The notes beneath the pieces are model-generated. The model had not been told where the DNA came from. It made no database searches and was given only the letters and a program-made list of their open reading frames with translations. DNA of 64,000 nucleotides, taken from the NCBI GenBank assembly GCA_964016885.1, contig OZ024743.1, positions 57,598,001-57,662,000 on the forward strand. Direction: 5' to 3'. Of this stretch, positions 13,794 to 29,098 are shown one piece after another (within the stretch, counting starts at the first letter, position 1; every line of letters begins with the position of its first letter). Origin of the DNA: Eledone cirrhosa (lineage: Eukaryota). The position numbers were made by a program, and so were the translations under genes.

Positions 13794-14008
13794 ATGAAGA
13801 GATTCAGGACCCCAACGGCTGAGCTCCGGCCGTTTCGACAGCTAGATCCGAACTGTCCGGATCTGAGTTCGGATCTAGCTGTCAAAATAAACGGCCGGAG
13901 CTCAGCCGTCGTGGTCCTGAATCTCTTCATATCCACTCTAATACCCCAAGTATCAAGTACTCTGGTGTGTTATGGTCCACCTGCTATCTTACCATGCCCT
14001 TTTGTTAT
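13794..14008 (+). mobile_element. Fold-back PLE-terminus element with 3' half of hammerhead (GAAACGGC..GAGCTCAGCCGTC family)
   Basis: Inverted arms 13794-13856/13866-13931, flanked by (TA)n. 3' tail shared with 44703-44865, 46748-46920, 56753-56835 and 60498-60663. Confidence 0.65.
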
Positions 14009-14029
14009 ATATATATAAATGATACATAT

Positions 14030-14180
14030 GGCGATGAATTGGCTGAATCGTTAGTTTCAGAAGGTCTTGCGTTATCTGTTTCTATTATTTATTTTCTGAG
14101 TTCAAATCTCACTCTGGTGAACGTTGGCTTTCAACGTTTTGGGGTTGATAAATAAAGTACCAATAAGGTACTGGGATCGA
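14030..14180 (+). mobile_element. SINE family A copy
   Basis: A-box TTGGCTGAATCG, B-box GAGTTCAAATCTC, then GGGGTTGATAAATAAAGTACC. Confidence 0.6.
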
Positions 14181-14654
14181 TTCTTCTTTCATACACATAC
14201 GCATGCAGTATACACATACAGTATACAGGCAACACGTGTAATATGAAGTTTTCTTTCTTTTTTCGTTGCTGTTTGTTTGTTTGTTTCTTTCTCTCTGCTT
14301 CTCAATCTGTTAGAAGGTTTAGTGAGGTACCAGCAACCTTTTCTAGAAAATTTGACATGCTGCCGAAGCCGTCGAAAGGATGTGGGATGCGCAGTACTTC
14401 AGAGAACGTTTTACGAAAGAATGTATATGGCATATAAATATCTATGATACACTCTAGTATGGAAAGCTTAAGGAGAAAGTTGAAACGCTACAATAAAAAG
14501 GAAGGGAATGGCTTAATTCGGTTATGCTTTGCTATGGGTTTTGAACCCTAGACTAACCGATCATGCGTTTGCTTCATCGAGATACAAGCATGGACACGGT
14601 GATTTGTGGAAGACCAACAATCGCCCATGCATATTAGTCTTCCCTCTTTATCAT

Positions 14655-14820
14655 AGAGCTTGGCATTAGTGTCGTTGCAACTCATGTTTCCAGGTGAGTG
14701 AACTGGAGCAACGTGAAATAGTGTTTTGCTCAAAGATGCAACGCGCCACCCAATTCGGGAGTCAAACTTGTGACTTACAATCGCGAGCCCAGCACCAAAG
14801 CCCTAACCAATGCGCCTTCG
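14655..14820 (-). mobile_element. SINE family B copy
   Basis: Reverse tRNA-like head and CORE-like segment (CTTTGAGCAAAACACTATTTCACGTTGCTCCAGTTCACTCA). Confidence 0.6.
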
Positions 14821-15551
14821 CAAAGTCATAGTAGTTAAGTGGATACAATTTTCCTTTTTAAGAACCTAATCTGGGATAAAATGGTGGAAGGAAGAGAGGA
14901 AACTATTTTCTGACAAGAGATCTGGTTCGAATATTTGGAAGCAGACTGAGCACCTCTAAAGAACCTCACAAATGTAAGTTAGATGGCAAGGAGAAACGGA
15001 GCGATGGCTTAAGTCTGCCATCCAAAAATTAGATAAAGATTAGCAGTTCGTATCTTATCGTTGACAAGTCAGTCGAGTCTCTATTTCACTTTCTTGGAAG
15101 CAGATATTTGCCAACCATGATCGGCCAAAGTTAGTATATAGCATAGTATATACACCCCATTCTGAAGTACCACGCCCCATCAAAATACTGTCACGCCTCA
15201 CCTTGACAAAACACGGATTATGACAGTAACGGGATTAGTGGTGCCTTTATTGATTTGAAGCTAGTACAGAACAATTGGAAGCTTTTTTAAACATAAAACA
15301 CATACACACACACACATACATATAAACACACATATACAGACACACACACATATTCACACATACACACATACACATATACACACAAACACACATATACAGA
15401 AACACACACATATACACACATACACACATACACATATACATACAAACACACATATACAGAAACACACACATATACACACTCACCAAAACAAAGTCAGACA
15501 AACGAACCAGAGAACGTTAGAGAAATCCCTAAGCATTATCGTCATAATAAA

Positions 15552-15815
15552 TTTAGGATGTTCGGCTCACGATCGTAGGGTCACGAGTTCGATTAGTGGC
15601 GGCGTGTTGTGTCCTTGAATAAGACATTACATTTCACTGTTGTGCTAGTCCACTCAGTCCTGTAATTTAAATAAATCTCACTAAGAACTACGTTAAGGGT
15701 ACACATGCCCGTGGATGCTTTAGTTCAGTCATTTGTGTGTTAATTTAACGAGACGGCTGTTCTTTTGATCGAATCAACTGGAATACTTACCGCTGTAAGC
15801 GACGGAGGTCCAACA
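15552..15815 (+). mobile_element. SINE family B copy
   Basis: GAGTTCGATT B-box, GTGTTGTGTCCTTGAATAAGACATTAC CORE-like segment and shared 3' body. Confidence 0.65.
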
Positions 15816-16349
15816 CTTCAAACGTCATCGCTTGTCTCATGACAATATCCCTACCCCACGACAAAATGGCGATTATTAATGTTCTTCATGAAATCTATGC
15901 ACTACATCGATTATAATTTTTTGTGTGTAAAACAGAATTTGATAACGCAGTAGAATTGACTTTCAACCTTCCATCTTAATATTTTGAAAGATAAATCCAT
16001 TTACAGTTATTTAATTCTATTAAACGTGTTGTGACAAGAAGAAATCAATTCGATTAAATAATAAATCACGGCGACTTTATTGAGATTCAATAGTTTGTGT
16101 GAAAATATTATTTTCTTGGTGTAAAATGGCTAACTCTAGATTAAATTGAGACATTAAATCGAGACATATTAAATTGAGACATATCTAATTATCATAGTTA
16201 CAATACGTCGAGTCTCTTGTGATTCACAAATATATTTGGCTTAATCATCTCATAGATTAATAAATATTTCGAAACTTGATATAAAGCATTCCAAGTTATA
16301 CATTGTCTAATAAAACATCAAGGCACAAATTACTAGATTTGTCATTACT

Positions 16350-16630
16350 GTTGGACCTCCGTCGGTTACTACAATGTGTTTCAGTTGTTCGACCTACGGA
16401 ATAGCCTATCCGTGAAGTTAATGTGCAAGTAGCTGAACAATCCACAGATACATATATCCTTAATGAATCTCAGGGAGATTCAACATGACAATGTGTGTCA
16501 AGGATAACCTATTGAATTATAGGTGCTGTTCATTGTTTCAGTTAGACTAGAAAACGTCAAATATAGTGCTTTGTTCAAGAACACAATACGCTGCCTCCAA
16601 TAATCTCACCCACTAAGCAACACGCCTTCA
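16350..16630 (-). mobile_element. SINE family B copy
   Basis: Reverse complement of the 15552-15815 body and head. Confidence 0.6.
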
Positions 16631-17808
16631 CAAAGTCCTTGATATACACGATAGAAGAACATGTTCTCATAATCTGTTAGCAATTTATCAGTAATTGTCA
16701 AGCAAATATAGATATTAATCTATAAAATGCATATTTAATATTTAATATTACACTTTAGTAACACAAATGTGTAGCATTAATTGGAACTGACATTTGGACA
16801 ACACGATGTTCATTTTTTTTTGTTTCGAATTATTGACGCCAGAAGAAACAAACTAACTGAGGTTGGTGCCAATTTATTTGAGATAAGACTTTCTTAAGAA
16901 CATTTTTCTCTCGTTTCTCGGAAGCGATAGGCATCACATATTCTGTTTTCGTCTCTCAAAGGAGACACACCACATACAGTTTGTTCCTTTAGCCTTGCCA
17001 TGTAGCGACATACACAGTTACACAAATTTGCTAGCCAGCCCTGCTGGTATTGAGCTAGTTGAGAAAATTTACCAACACAGGTTAGATAAATATTACTGCA
17101 TTTGCATTCATGACGCACTACAACTGTACATGCATTCTTTTTCTGTTGTACATAGCTGCAAATGATTTCGAAGTAAATCATGTTACAAATAAAAACATTA
17201 AAATTATCGGTGTCTTGTTTATTTGTGAATTCTTATCTGTATGATATGAGGAAACCATCTTGCCTTTGATGATATCCCAACAAACATTCTTCTTCAATGG
17301 CCGCTAAAAAAATGTACCCTCACGCTGATTTCGAAGAATGGATGTTTCATGCCGATCAGTAGAACTCATTATATATTGAATTGGATTGGCAGAATCGTTA
17401 GAGTGTCGAAAGATTTCGTATTTGTTCCGGCTGTTATATATGTAACACCTCACCCTCCAGCAATAGAGACTTGTCCTGTTACCGTATAAAGCGTTGTCAT
17501 GATAAAATCTGAACTTTTCTGCTCGCATTTATTTCTTCCATTCATCCACTCAGCGCCAGTCAGGACACGGACATTTTGGAACCACATACATCGGCGGACC
17601 TTTCGTGGCAGGGATCGGAAATATCACAGATGTCTTCTGTAGTTTACTTTCGTTGCTCAGCAAATGTAGAATAGGCGGAGCAGTGGAAATTCTTCGGTTA
17701 CCAACGTTGTTACGTCATACGTTGGGGTGCTGTCGTTGCTTAGGAGGAGGGGGCGGAGTCTTTTTGATTACCAACTGTAAGGAGTACTCGATACTTACCC
17801 TAGTCTTT

Positions 17809-17859
<51 letters not shown>

Positions 17860-18769
17860 TAAAATAACAGATTAAAGTTTAAGCAAAGAATCGCTGCTTT
17901 CACTCTTAACGGGATCTTCTGAAATTAAAAAAGTCAACCTGTGAACGCAAAAGTAAATATTTCAAAAAACGTTGCAACCGAATGAAGACAGGAAGACGAT
18001 ACTTTGGTTCGTGGAAACGTAGCCTGTCAAAGAACGGGAAAAAACGAAGATAATACGTCATTATTTGGTGCGTTGAGAACAATTACACGCAACGACAAAA
18101 CCACGTTTATGGTATAAATAAAGTCGTAGACTAATATTCTTGGTTCATGGAGACGTTCTCTGGCAATGAACGGAAAAAACGAAGATAATACGTCATTATG
18201 TGGAGCATTGAGAAAAATTACACGCAATGAGAAAAATTACACGCAAAGACAAAACCACGTAAATGGTATAACTGAAATCGTAGACTAAAATTCTATTTAA
18301 GAAACCGAATGATTCTCGGCTTCAGAGTTAAGAATAAAGTAAATAAAATACAGATGTAATTGAAATTAAATATATACATATACGCATCCAAATACGTACA
18401 TACACAGGCATACGCGAAAACACTCGCCATGAGTATGCAAATACAAGCACGTACACAAAAAATATACATAAAAATATATATAAAAACATATATACATATA
18501 CATGTGTATGTGTGTGTGCGTGTGTGCGTGTATACATAATTAAATAAACGTATATAAATATACACACATAAATAGGTATATAACGCGTGTACACACACAC
18601 CTACATGTAAATACACATATGTTCACGGACGTACGTCAACCAAAACACAAAGTACACATATACACACACCGTACATACGTACGAACCCGCATACTCACAC
18701 AGGCGCAACTCACGTATACAAATAACCAAATGCACATGTACCAGAATATATAATATAAATATATATATA

Positions 18770-18823
<54 letters not shown>

Positions 18824-18892
18824 ATATATATGTATATATATATGTATATATACACACACACACATATATATATATATATATGTATATATATG

Positions 18893-18984
<92 letters not shown>

Positions 18985-19166
18985 TATATATATATATATA
19001 TATATATATAGGTATATATATATATATATATATATATACGGGTATATATATATAGGTATATATATATATATATAGGTATATATATATATATATTGCTATA
19101 TATATATATATATAGGTATATATATGCATATAGGTATATATAGGCATATATATATATATATATAGG

Positions 19167-19241
<75 letters not shown>

Positions 19242-19371
19242 GTATATATATATATATAGGTATATATATATATATATAGGTATATATATATATATATATA
19301 GGTATATATATATATATATATATAGGTATATATATATATATATATATATATAGGTATATATATATATATAT

Positions 19372-19445
<74 letters not shown>

Positions 19446-19521
19446 AGGGGGTGTAACTTGGAGTTACTGCAGGTTCACCCGGGAGAGCACTCGATATTTA
19501 GGTATATATATATAAATATAT

Positions 19522-19568
<47 letters not shown>

Positions 19569-19753
19569 GATAAATCTACCAAGAGTTTACGGTAGTGTCC
19601 AATCCGTATGAAGAACTCAATGTATTCCGGATATCATGGAAAGAAGAGATGTAATGAAAAACCACTTTCGGTGAAAGATAAACGGTATACAGAGTCAAGA
19701 TAAAATATTAAACAAATAATGAATAAACAATTCCTTATATTAAACAAAAAAAG

Positions 19754-19908
19754 TTCATTATTTAACGATCGTTTCTAGGATATATATGTGTTAGAATTGG
19801 TATGCATATTCAACAGATCTATGTACAAAATTATACAAAATTATACAAATTATCAAGATTAAATATACATACCAAACACATATATACGCCGTCTTCAGAA
19901 ATAATGAA
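19754..19908 (-). ncRNA. Inverted copy of the long-stem-II hammerhead
   Basis: Reverse complement of 20102-20256. Confidence 0.8.
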
Positions 19909-20101
19909 GTATATTTATTGATAATAACAACAATTCAAAATTTCAGTTCAAAATTGACCAATGAAAACACAAAGGGTTAAATGCAGTTCGGTGTGTGTAT
20001 ATACATGTAAAACCCTTACACATATTTTACAAAAATGTATGTATAATTTGTATACGCATACTAAAAGGATGGATGCAAATACAAAATTTCAATAAATATA
20101 C

Positions 20102-20256
20102 TTCATTATTTCTGAAGACGGCGTATATATGTGTTTGGTATGTATATTTAATCTTGATAATTTGTATAATTTTGTATAATTTTGTACATAGATCTGTTGA
20201 ATATGCATACCAATTCTAACACATATATATCCTAGAAACGATCGTTAAATAATGAA
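20102..20256 (+). ncRNA. Type I hammerhead ribozyme with 116-nt stem II
   Basis: Stem I TTCATTATTT/AAATAATGAA (10 bp), CTGAAGA 20112-20118, long hairpin 20119-20234, GAAA 20235, palindromic stem III ACGATCGT, GUU cleavage triplet. Confidence 0.8.
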
Positions 20257-20327
20257 CTTTTTTTGTTTAATATAAGGAATTGTTTATTCATTATTTGTTT
20301 AATATTTTATATATATATATATATATA

Positions 20328-22180
20328 TTAGGTATTAGTTGATTTATTTATTATTTAACAATGGCATTTATTTATCGATTTATATATTTAATTATTGTCT
20401 ATTACCGGTTTCTGCATTTATATGCATTATCAAATGATAGTGAAATGTATTAGTGTGGTGTTGCACATGTTAAACAGAAGGTGCAGAAAGAATAATGTTA
20501 TTTACAAACAAGGTTTTAGAAGTGAAAAGAAAATAGAAAAAGAAAAAAATAACGTGCATAATGTGGAACGTAAAAAGTCAATGTGGAAGAAAAGTTAATG
20601 TTATTTACAAGAACAGTCATTGAAGTTAAGCAGTTCAAAATGTGTTAATATCGCAAGAGTGCTTAGTTGAACCATGGTTCCGTGAAGGAGGCAAATAGTG
20701 GACTGTGGTTTGATATGATTTACCTTTTTAGAGAGTTAATATGCAGGGGAAGCAATTTTTGCTGGGTGATATTTAATTTATTTAAGAAAAAGGATTAGGT
20801 AGGATGTGAGGGAGGTAACTCTTGTAAATGTTTGATGGTTTGTTGCAGTTTTAGAAAGGTCCGAATTTTAGGGCATTGAGTACTGATTGAAATTTATTAA
20901 TGAAATGTGTTTCCTTATTGGCACGTTGGATGAAAGTAGCGTTGTCTATGAATTTGTAAATGGGGAAAATTTTTAAGTTTGGAAGTTGGTTGAGAGCACA
21001 GTTGGCGATATGTTCACTAAATGAAATCTTTCTGTATTCCTGTATTTTAATTTGTGATTTATGGACGGTCATACGTTGACGGAGGCGGTTTTTTGTCTGT
21101 CCTATATAGCGCTCTAGACAACCTGAGCAAGTCAAAACATAGATAAGGTTTTCATATGCACATGTAAAGTTGTGTTTAACTGTGAAACGTTGTCCTTGTT
21201 TAAAATGGAATGTTGAACCTTCTATTAGATTTATGCATATGCCACAGTTAGGCCTTCCGCATTTTGTTACTGTAGGGTTTAATGTGAGGGTTTGATGGAT
21301 TTTGGCTTGTGTGAGGATGTTTTTTATGGATTTGGGTTGTCTTTTGCTCTTTATGATGTTGTGTGTTTGGAGGATATTGTTCATTCTTGGGTCTCTTTTT
21401 AGTAAAGGAATGTTCTGGAGGATGGTATCGAATGCCTCATCGTTGAGGGGTTGTGTGTGGAGATGTATGGTAGAGTTTTTTGTTGCGGTTCACTCCTGGG
21501 TTTGGGGTGTCTGAGATCCTGGATGTCTAATTTTAGGGCACGTTGGAATCCAGTGGTGATTAGGGATGATTGGTAGTTTCTGCTGATAAGTGTGTTTTTT
21601 AATTCTTCTAGTCGTGTGTAGCATGTGTATTTATCTGAAACTATTGTGCAGACCCTTCTGGCTAGATTATAAGAGTTATTTTCAAGAGTTTCCTCCCTCA
21701 CACCCTACCTAATCCTTTTTCTTAAATAAATTAAATATCACCCAGCAAGAATTGCTTCCCCCTGCATATTAACTCTCTAAAAAGGGAAATCATATCAAAC
21801 CACAGTCCACCATTTGCCTCCTTCACAGAACCATGGTTCAACTAAGCACTCTTGCGATATTAACACATTTTGAACTGCTTAACTTCAATGACTGTGCTTG
21901 TAAATAACATTAACTTTTCTTCCACATTGACTTTTTACGTTCCACATTATGCACGTTTTTTTTTTTCCTTTTTCTTTTTTCTTTTCACTTCTAAAACCTT
22001 GTTTGTATATAACATTATTCTTTCTGCACCTTCTGTTTAACATGTGCGACACCAAACTAATACATTTCACTATCATTTGATAATGCATATAAATGCAGAA
22101 ACCGGTAATAGACAATAATTAAATATATAAATAGATAAATAAATGCCATTGTTAAATAATAAATAAATCAACTAATACCT
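20328..22180 (-). mobile_element. 5'-truncated Penelope-like element (Neptune-like) with inverted 3' UTR copy
   Basis: RT-thumb/GIY-YIG remnants on minus; 3' UTR 20328-20805 is repeated inverted at ~21705-22180; (TA)n flanks. Confidence 0.85.
20851..21680 (-). pseudogene. PLE RT C-terminus + GIY-YIG endonuclease, frameshifted
   Basis: YNLARRVCTIVSD..RLEELK..L.SRNY; KCGRPNCGIC..FTCAYENLIYVLTCSGCLERYIGQTKNRLRQRMTVH..KETHFINKF. Confidence 0.88.
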
Positions 22181-22260
22181 TAACACTTCACACAAAGTAA
22201 AACATTTCGTTTTAATCATTTTCTAACCCAGAAAAGAGAGAGAGAGAGACACAAAAAAAG

Positions 22261-22357
<97 letters not shown>

Positions 22358-22443
22358 GGTATATATATATATATATATATATAGGTATATATATATAGTA
22401 TATATATATATATAGGTATATGTATATAGGTATATATATATAT

Positions 22444-22508
<65 letters not shown>

Positions 22509-22509
<1 letters not shown>

Positions 22510-23353
22510 TTATGAAACGAAAGGAGCTGTGTGGTTACTAAAAACAAGGTTTAGGATGGTGGTTAGGACGGAACAGGAGGAGAAAGGAAGAAAGGAGTTT
22601 CCATCGTCAGCTGTAAATGTATGCTGAACCGATGTTTCGGCGCTGAATTACAGTACATCGGTGTAGATCGGATGCGCCCGAGGCCTTTTATAAATCAAAA
22701 GGCCAGGTGGAAAAGGAGAGAGAAAAAGAGAGAGCAAAAGGAGAGAGAAAAGGAAAGAGAGGGAAAGAAGGAACAACAGGGGAGGGGGAGAGATAAGGAG
22801 AGAGGAAGAAAGGGAAAATAGGAAAGGTATAGAAGAAGTGTACAAGTCCCATCGTGGGAAGACACAGGTGAAAGAAAAATGCAAAAATGTAACCGTGGAA
22901 AAATAGGGAAAGTAAGTTGTGGCCCACCTGGGAGACTTTAGCCTGGTGGTCAGCTAGGACTCAGAGCTGGTATAACCCTGCTGCCTCTCGTATAGACAGG
23001 AGAAAGTGGGAGAGAAACACGGGCAAACAAAAGAAGATGGGAAAGGGTTTTTTGTACGACGGTGGTAAAAACGTGCCGTAAAGACTGCGGATAGAGAGGC
23101 CACCACGGCACGTGTAAACATGTCAACAATCAAAACCGAATGGATGGATAGAACGAGAGTGAGGAGAGGGAAGAGTGAGGGGAGGGTCGATGCGAAAGTG
23201 TGGAGGGTACACAGATCGACCAAAGCAGGTAGAGTCACAGCGGTAAATACAAAAAGTTATGAAACGAAAGAAGCTGTGTGGTTACTGAAAACAAGGTTTA
23301 GGATGGTGGTTAGGACGGAACAGGAGGAGAAAGGAAGAAAGGCGTTTCCATCG

Positions 23354-23356
<3 letters not shown>
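22509..23356. mobile_element. Repeat fragment bounded by ~100-bp direct terminal repeats (PLE pLTR-like)
   Basis: 22509-22609 matches 23256-23356; microsatellite flanks; partial copy at 45940-46010 (rc). Confidence 0.5.
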
Positions 23357-23432
<76 letters not shown>

Positions 23433-23554
23433 AAACGCCAGCACCAACAGTTTTGCAAGAGATGTCAACATGAATGGACCTATTATTTTTATCTAAAAAC
23501 ATTTTTTCTAATTCTATCCTTCCCGTCCCATTAATCTATTTATTTCTCATTCTT

Positions 23555-23590
23555 TCTTCTGATGAAGGACTCGCGTCCGAAACGTTAAGA
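23555..23590 (+). ncRNA. Minimal type I hammerhead ribozyme
   Basis: TCTT CTGATGA A GGAC TCGC GTCC GAAA CG TT AAGA: 4-bp stem I, 4-bp stem II, palindromic ACGT stem III. Lies in repeat 23426-23680. Confidence 0.85.
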
Positions 23591-23675
23591 CCCTCTTCCT
23601 ACTATATCAAGCGTTAACCTAATATATACCTTCCATATACTGTACCGATTGTGTTGTTATTTCTGTTTAGCTTTT

Positions 23676-23755
<80 letters not shown>

Positions 23756-23802
23756 CATCAGATAGCTATTTCCACTCTATAGGATCAAGTCCCACAGCCT
23801 AC

Positions 23803-23970
<168 letters not shown>

Positions 23971-24020
23971 TTATATATATATATGTAGGCTGTGGGACTT
24001 GATCCTATAGAGGGGAAATA

Positions 24021-24100
24021 GCTATCTGATGAACTTTACTTTTCCGTTAGAAACTCTCTGAATTTCTAATCTTTTGTGGAGCGAAACCGCCGGCGATAGC
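24021..24100 (+). ncRNA. Hammerhead-like motif with 50-nt stem II and non-canonical cleavage site
   Basis: GCTAT CTGATGA ACTTTAC..TTAGAAA-loop-TTTCTAA..GTGGAGC GAAA CCGCCGGCG ATAGC; second copy at 44536-44615 (-). Confidence 0.55.
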
Positions 24101-24180
24101 ATTATGAACAGGTAGATATTTAAATCATTTAACATTTTTTTAAAGGAATTGTTTAATGTTTGTTCGTTCTGTCCATCTCA

Positions 24181-25542
<1,362 letters not shown>

Positions 25543-25562
25543 TATATATATATACACACACA

Positions 25563-26286
<724 letters not shown>

Positions 26287-26316
26287 TACAAACAACATAC
26301 ATACATAGATACATAC

Positions 26317-26405
<89 letters not shown>

Positions 26406-27489
26406 TACTTGGGGAAGGTCATATTTGTGTAATATTGCCAGAATTAATAACAGAACACACTCACTGTTCGGTTGGTTTTCGCTTTTCGCTTCTGTGTCTT
26501 TTATATCGGTAATCTAATTTATTTGGTCCTCAATGTTGCCATTGACTGACCGACGGTAAAAAATACAGATGCAATATAGACACAAACACATATATATAGT
26601 TTATCAAAGTTCTTTCGTTGCACATCTGCAACATCGTCAGTGGTGCTATTGTTTCCTCCCGTTGCATTGCATTTTCTACATCATCTTTATTTAGTCTGTT
26701 TATATATTTATTTATTTGTTTATTTTATTTTGTCTTTGCGCATGCGTTTGCGTGTGTGTATAGTGTTTTGTTTGATGTGTGTTCGTGATTGGGTGACTGT
26801 GTATTGGCTAATGTTTTCTATCTTTACTAGTGTGTGTTTATATGTGCTTGTTGTTATTGTGCTAGTGTATTTATTTATTTATTTATTTATTTATATATTT
26901 ATTTATTTTTTTATTTATTTATTTATACTTCTCTTAGGTCAGTGTTATTTGTTTGGATGTTGTTGTTATTCCATTCATTTTTTCTGTTTAGCCTTGGCCT
27001 TCTAAGTTCTATTTCACTGGCCTCTCTGATTTACCTATCTGCTGGGTCATTTCTATGTTTAGATATTATTCTAATTTCTATGTTGTCTATGTTACCGTCG
27101 TGTTGTCTGGCATGTTCGTATAGTACTGAAAGATTTTTCGTCCTTTTAGTCCCCCTCCCCCAGTGTTGGTCTATCCTTTCACCTATGCTACGAGCTGTCT
27201 CGCCTATGTATATTGTTGTCATATTTCTGCAAGTACCCTCTGTACATCTTATGCTATAGACTACGTTTCTAGTTTTACAGTTTATCCGGGGGTTTACCTT
27301 ACATATGATACATTTCCTATTAGTACAGTGGGTTTTCTTAAAAGGGTAGGTTTTGCTGATCAGGGATTTTATGGTGGTTCCTGGCTTTTCTACCACCTTA
27401 ATATTTAAGTGGGTCTTTCTCAGGGCCTTTCTACACTGGTTAGCTAATTTCCCTCCAGGGGTAGCATCCGCAAACATGACACTCTGGTT

Positions 27490-27780
27490 GTCGTACCATG
27501 GTTGTCGTACAGTGATACCACATCCATGCTGCCTATTATGCAGTTTGATAGGTACCCGTTTTTGTTGCACTCACTGATTCTGATGAGGAGGTCCTCTGTA
27601 CTGTCACATACATCTGGGTACATCTTGATTATGGGGCGTATAACCATTGAGAGGAAGTAGGAGATCCTGTAGTTGCTAGCTATATTTGCTCCGCATACGG
27701 GTCTTGTTGGTGGTCCTGTTGTCGGGTCGTCGACTGTCTTATGGTCTTTGCGGAGCCCATACAAGGTTGGTATGCCATTG
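27490..27780 (-). pseudogene. PLE RT N-terminal fragment
   Basis: PTLYGLRKDHK..PPTRPVCGA..DSTEDLL..IIGSMDVVSLY (RT motifs 1 to A). Confidence 0.8.
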
Positions 27781-28757
27781 TTAGACGCCTAACAATAGAC
27801 TACCTGTATTAGACACGGAACTCTGGATTAACACTATAGACGAGAGAGCCCAAATTCTCCACGCACACTTTGCTAAACCCATAGCCTCCAAATACCTGAT
27901 ACTCAAAAACTCAGCAATGTCCAGTTGTGCTAAGTTTAATATTCTGATCGCAGACTTGGTACGAGTGATGAAGAACGTGTCCCGCATGTGCGATCCAACA
28001 GAAATGGAGAGACACATCCAACACTTCATCAACCGCATGCAGTTCTCTGGCTACAACCAAAGAGACAGAATCAGAGTATACGAAGGAGCCACGGAGAAGT
28101 ATAAGACCCTCATAGAACTGGACGTGAAAGGAATTTGCCCATTATACAGGAGCAAATCATGGAATAGCTTAGATAGGGCTAGACATAAGATAGGGAAATC
28201 CGCCCCATGGTACGACAACCAGAGTGTCATGTTTGCGGACGCTACTCCTGGAGGGAAATTAGCTAACCAGTGTAGAAAGGCCCTGAGAAAGACCCACTTA
28301 AATATTAAGGTGGTAGAAAAGCCAGGAACCACCATAAAATCCCTGATCAGCAAAACCTACCCTTTTAAGAAAACCCACTGTACTAATAGGAAATGTATCA
28401 TATGTAAGGTAAACCCCCGGATAAACTGTAAAACTAGAAACGTAGTCTATAGCATAAGATGTACAGAGGGTACTTGCAGAAACATGACAACAACATACAT
28501 AGGCGAGACAGCTCGTAGCATAGGTGAAAGGATAGACCAACACTGGGGGGGGGGGGGGGGGGGGGGACTAAAAGGACGAAAATACGGTTCAGTACTATAC
28601 GAACATGCCAGACAACAACACGACGGTAACATAGACAACATAGAAATTAGAATAATATCTAAACAGAGAAATGACCCAGCAGATAGGTAAATCAGAGAGG
28701 CCAGTGAAATAGAACTTAGAAGGCCAAGGCTAAACAGAAAAAAATGAATGGAATAAC
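27781..28757 (+). pseudogene. PLE RT C-terminus + zinc-binding GIY-YIG endonuclease with premature TAA
   Basis: LPVLDTELWI..HFAKPIASKYLILKNSAMS..K; CTNRKCIIC..CKTRNVVYSIRC..C..YIGETARSIGERIDQH; frame continues after TAA as IREASEIELRRPRLNRK. Confidence 0.88.
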
Positions 28758-29058
28758 AACACCCAAACAAACAACACTGACCTAAGAGAAGTACAAATAA
28801 ATAAATTGATAAATAAATAAATAAATACATACACAAGCACAATAACAACAAGCACATATAAACACACACTAGTAAAGATAGAATACATTAACCAATACAC
28901 AGCCACCCAATCACGAACACACATCAAACAAAACACTATACACACACGCAAACGCATGCGCAATGAAGACAAAATAAAATAAACAAATAAATAAATATAT
29001 AAACAGACTAAATAAAGATGGCGTAGAAAATACAATGCAACGGGAGGAAACAATAGCA

Positions 29059-29098
29059 CCACTGACGATGTTGCAGATGTGCAACGAAAGAACTTTGA
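29059..29098 (+). ncRNA. Type I hammerhead in PLE 3' UTR
   Basis: CA CTGACGA T GTTGCA GATG TGCAAC GAAA GAAC TT TG; inverted copy at 26603-26643 (-). Confidence 0.75.

Larger units (their letters stand above)
19566..20310 (-). mobile_element. Fold-back PLE-terminus element with ~220-bp inverted arms
   Basis: Arms 19700-19921 and 20089-20310 look identical in reverse complement; (TA)n on both sides; each arm contains an HHR. Confidence 0.8.

Noticed and set aside
19700-20310. All palindromes being long-read fold-back artefacts
   Set aside because: Many arms are diverged from each other (26402/29298, 57483-57870, 61412-61728) and have unique spacers; only the near-perfect ones still need read-level confirmation.
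22600-22680. Possible type II hammerhead on minus (GCC GAAACATCGGTT ... CTGACGA TGG)
   Set aside because: Stem I does not pair convincingly and stem II is only 2 bp.
28688-28760. In-frame stop in Naiad-like endonuclease as possible selenocysteine recoding
   Set aside because: The stop is TAA, not TGA, probably from CAA; zinc-binding cysteines are ordinary TGY codons and no SECIS was recognised.
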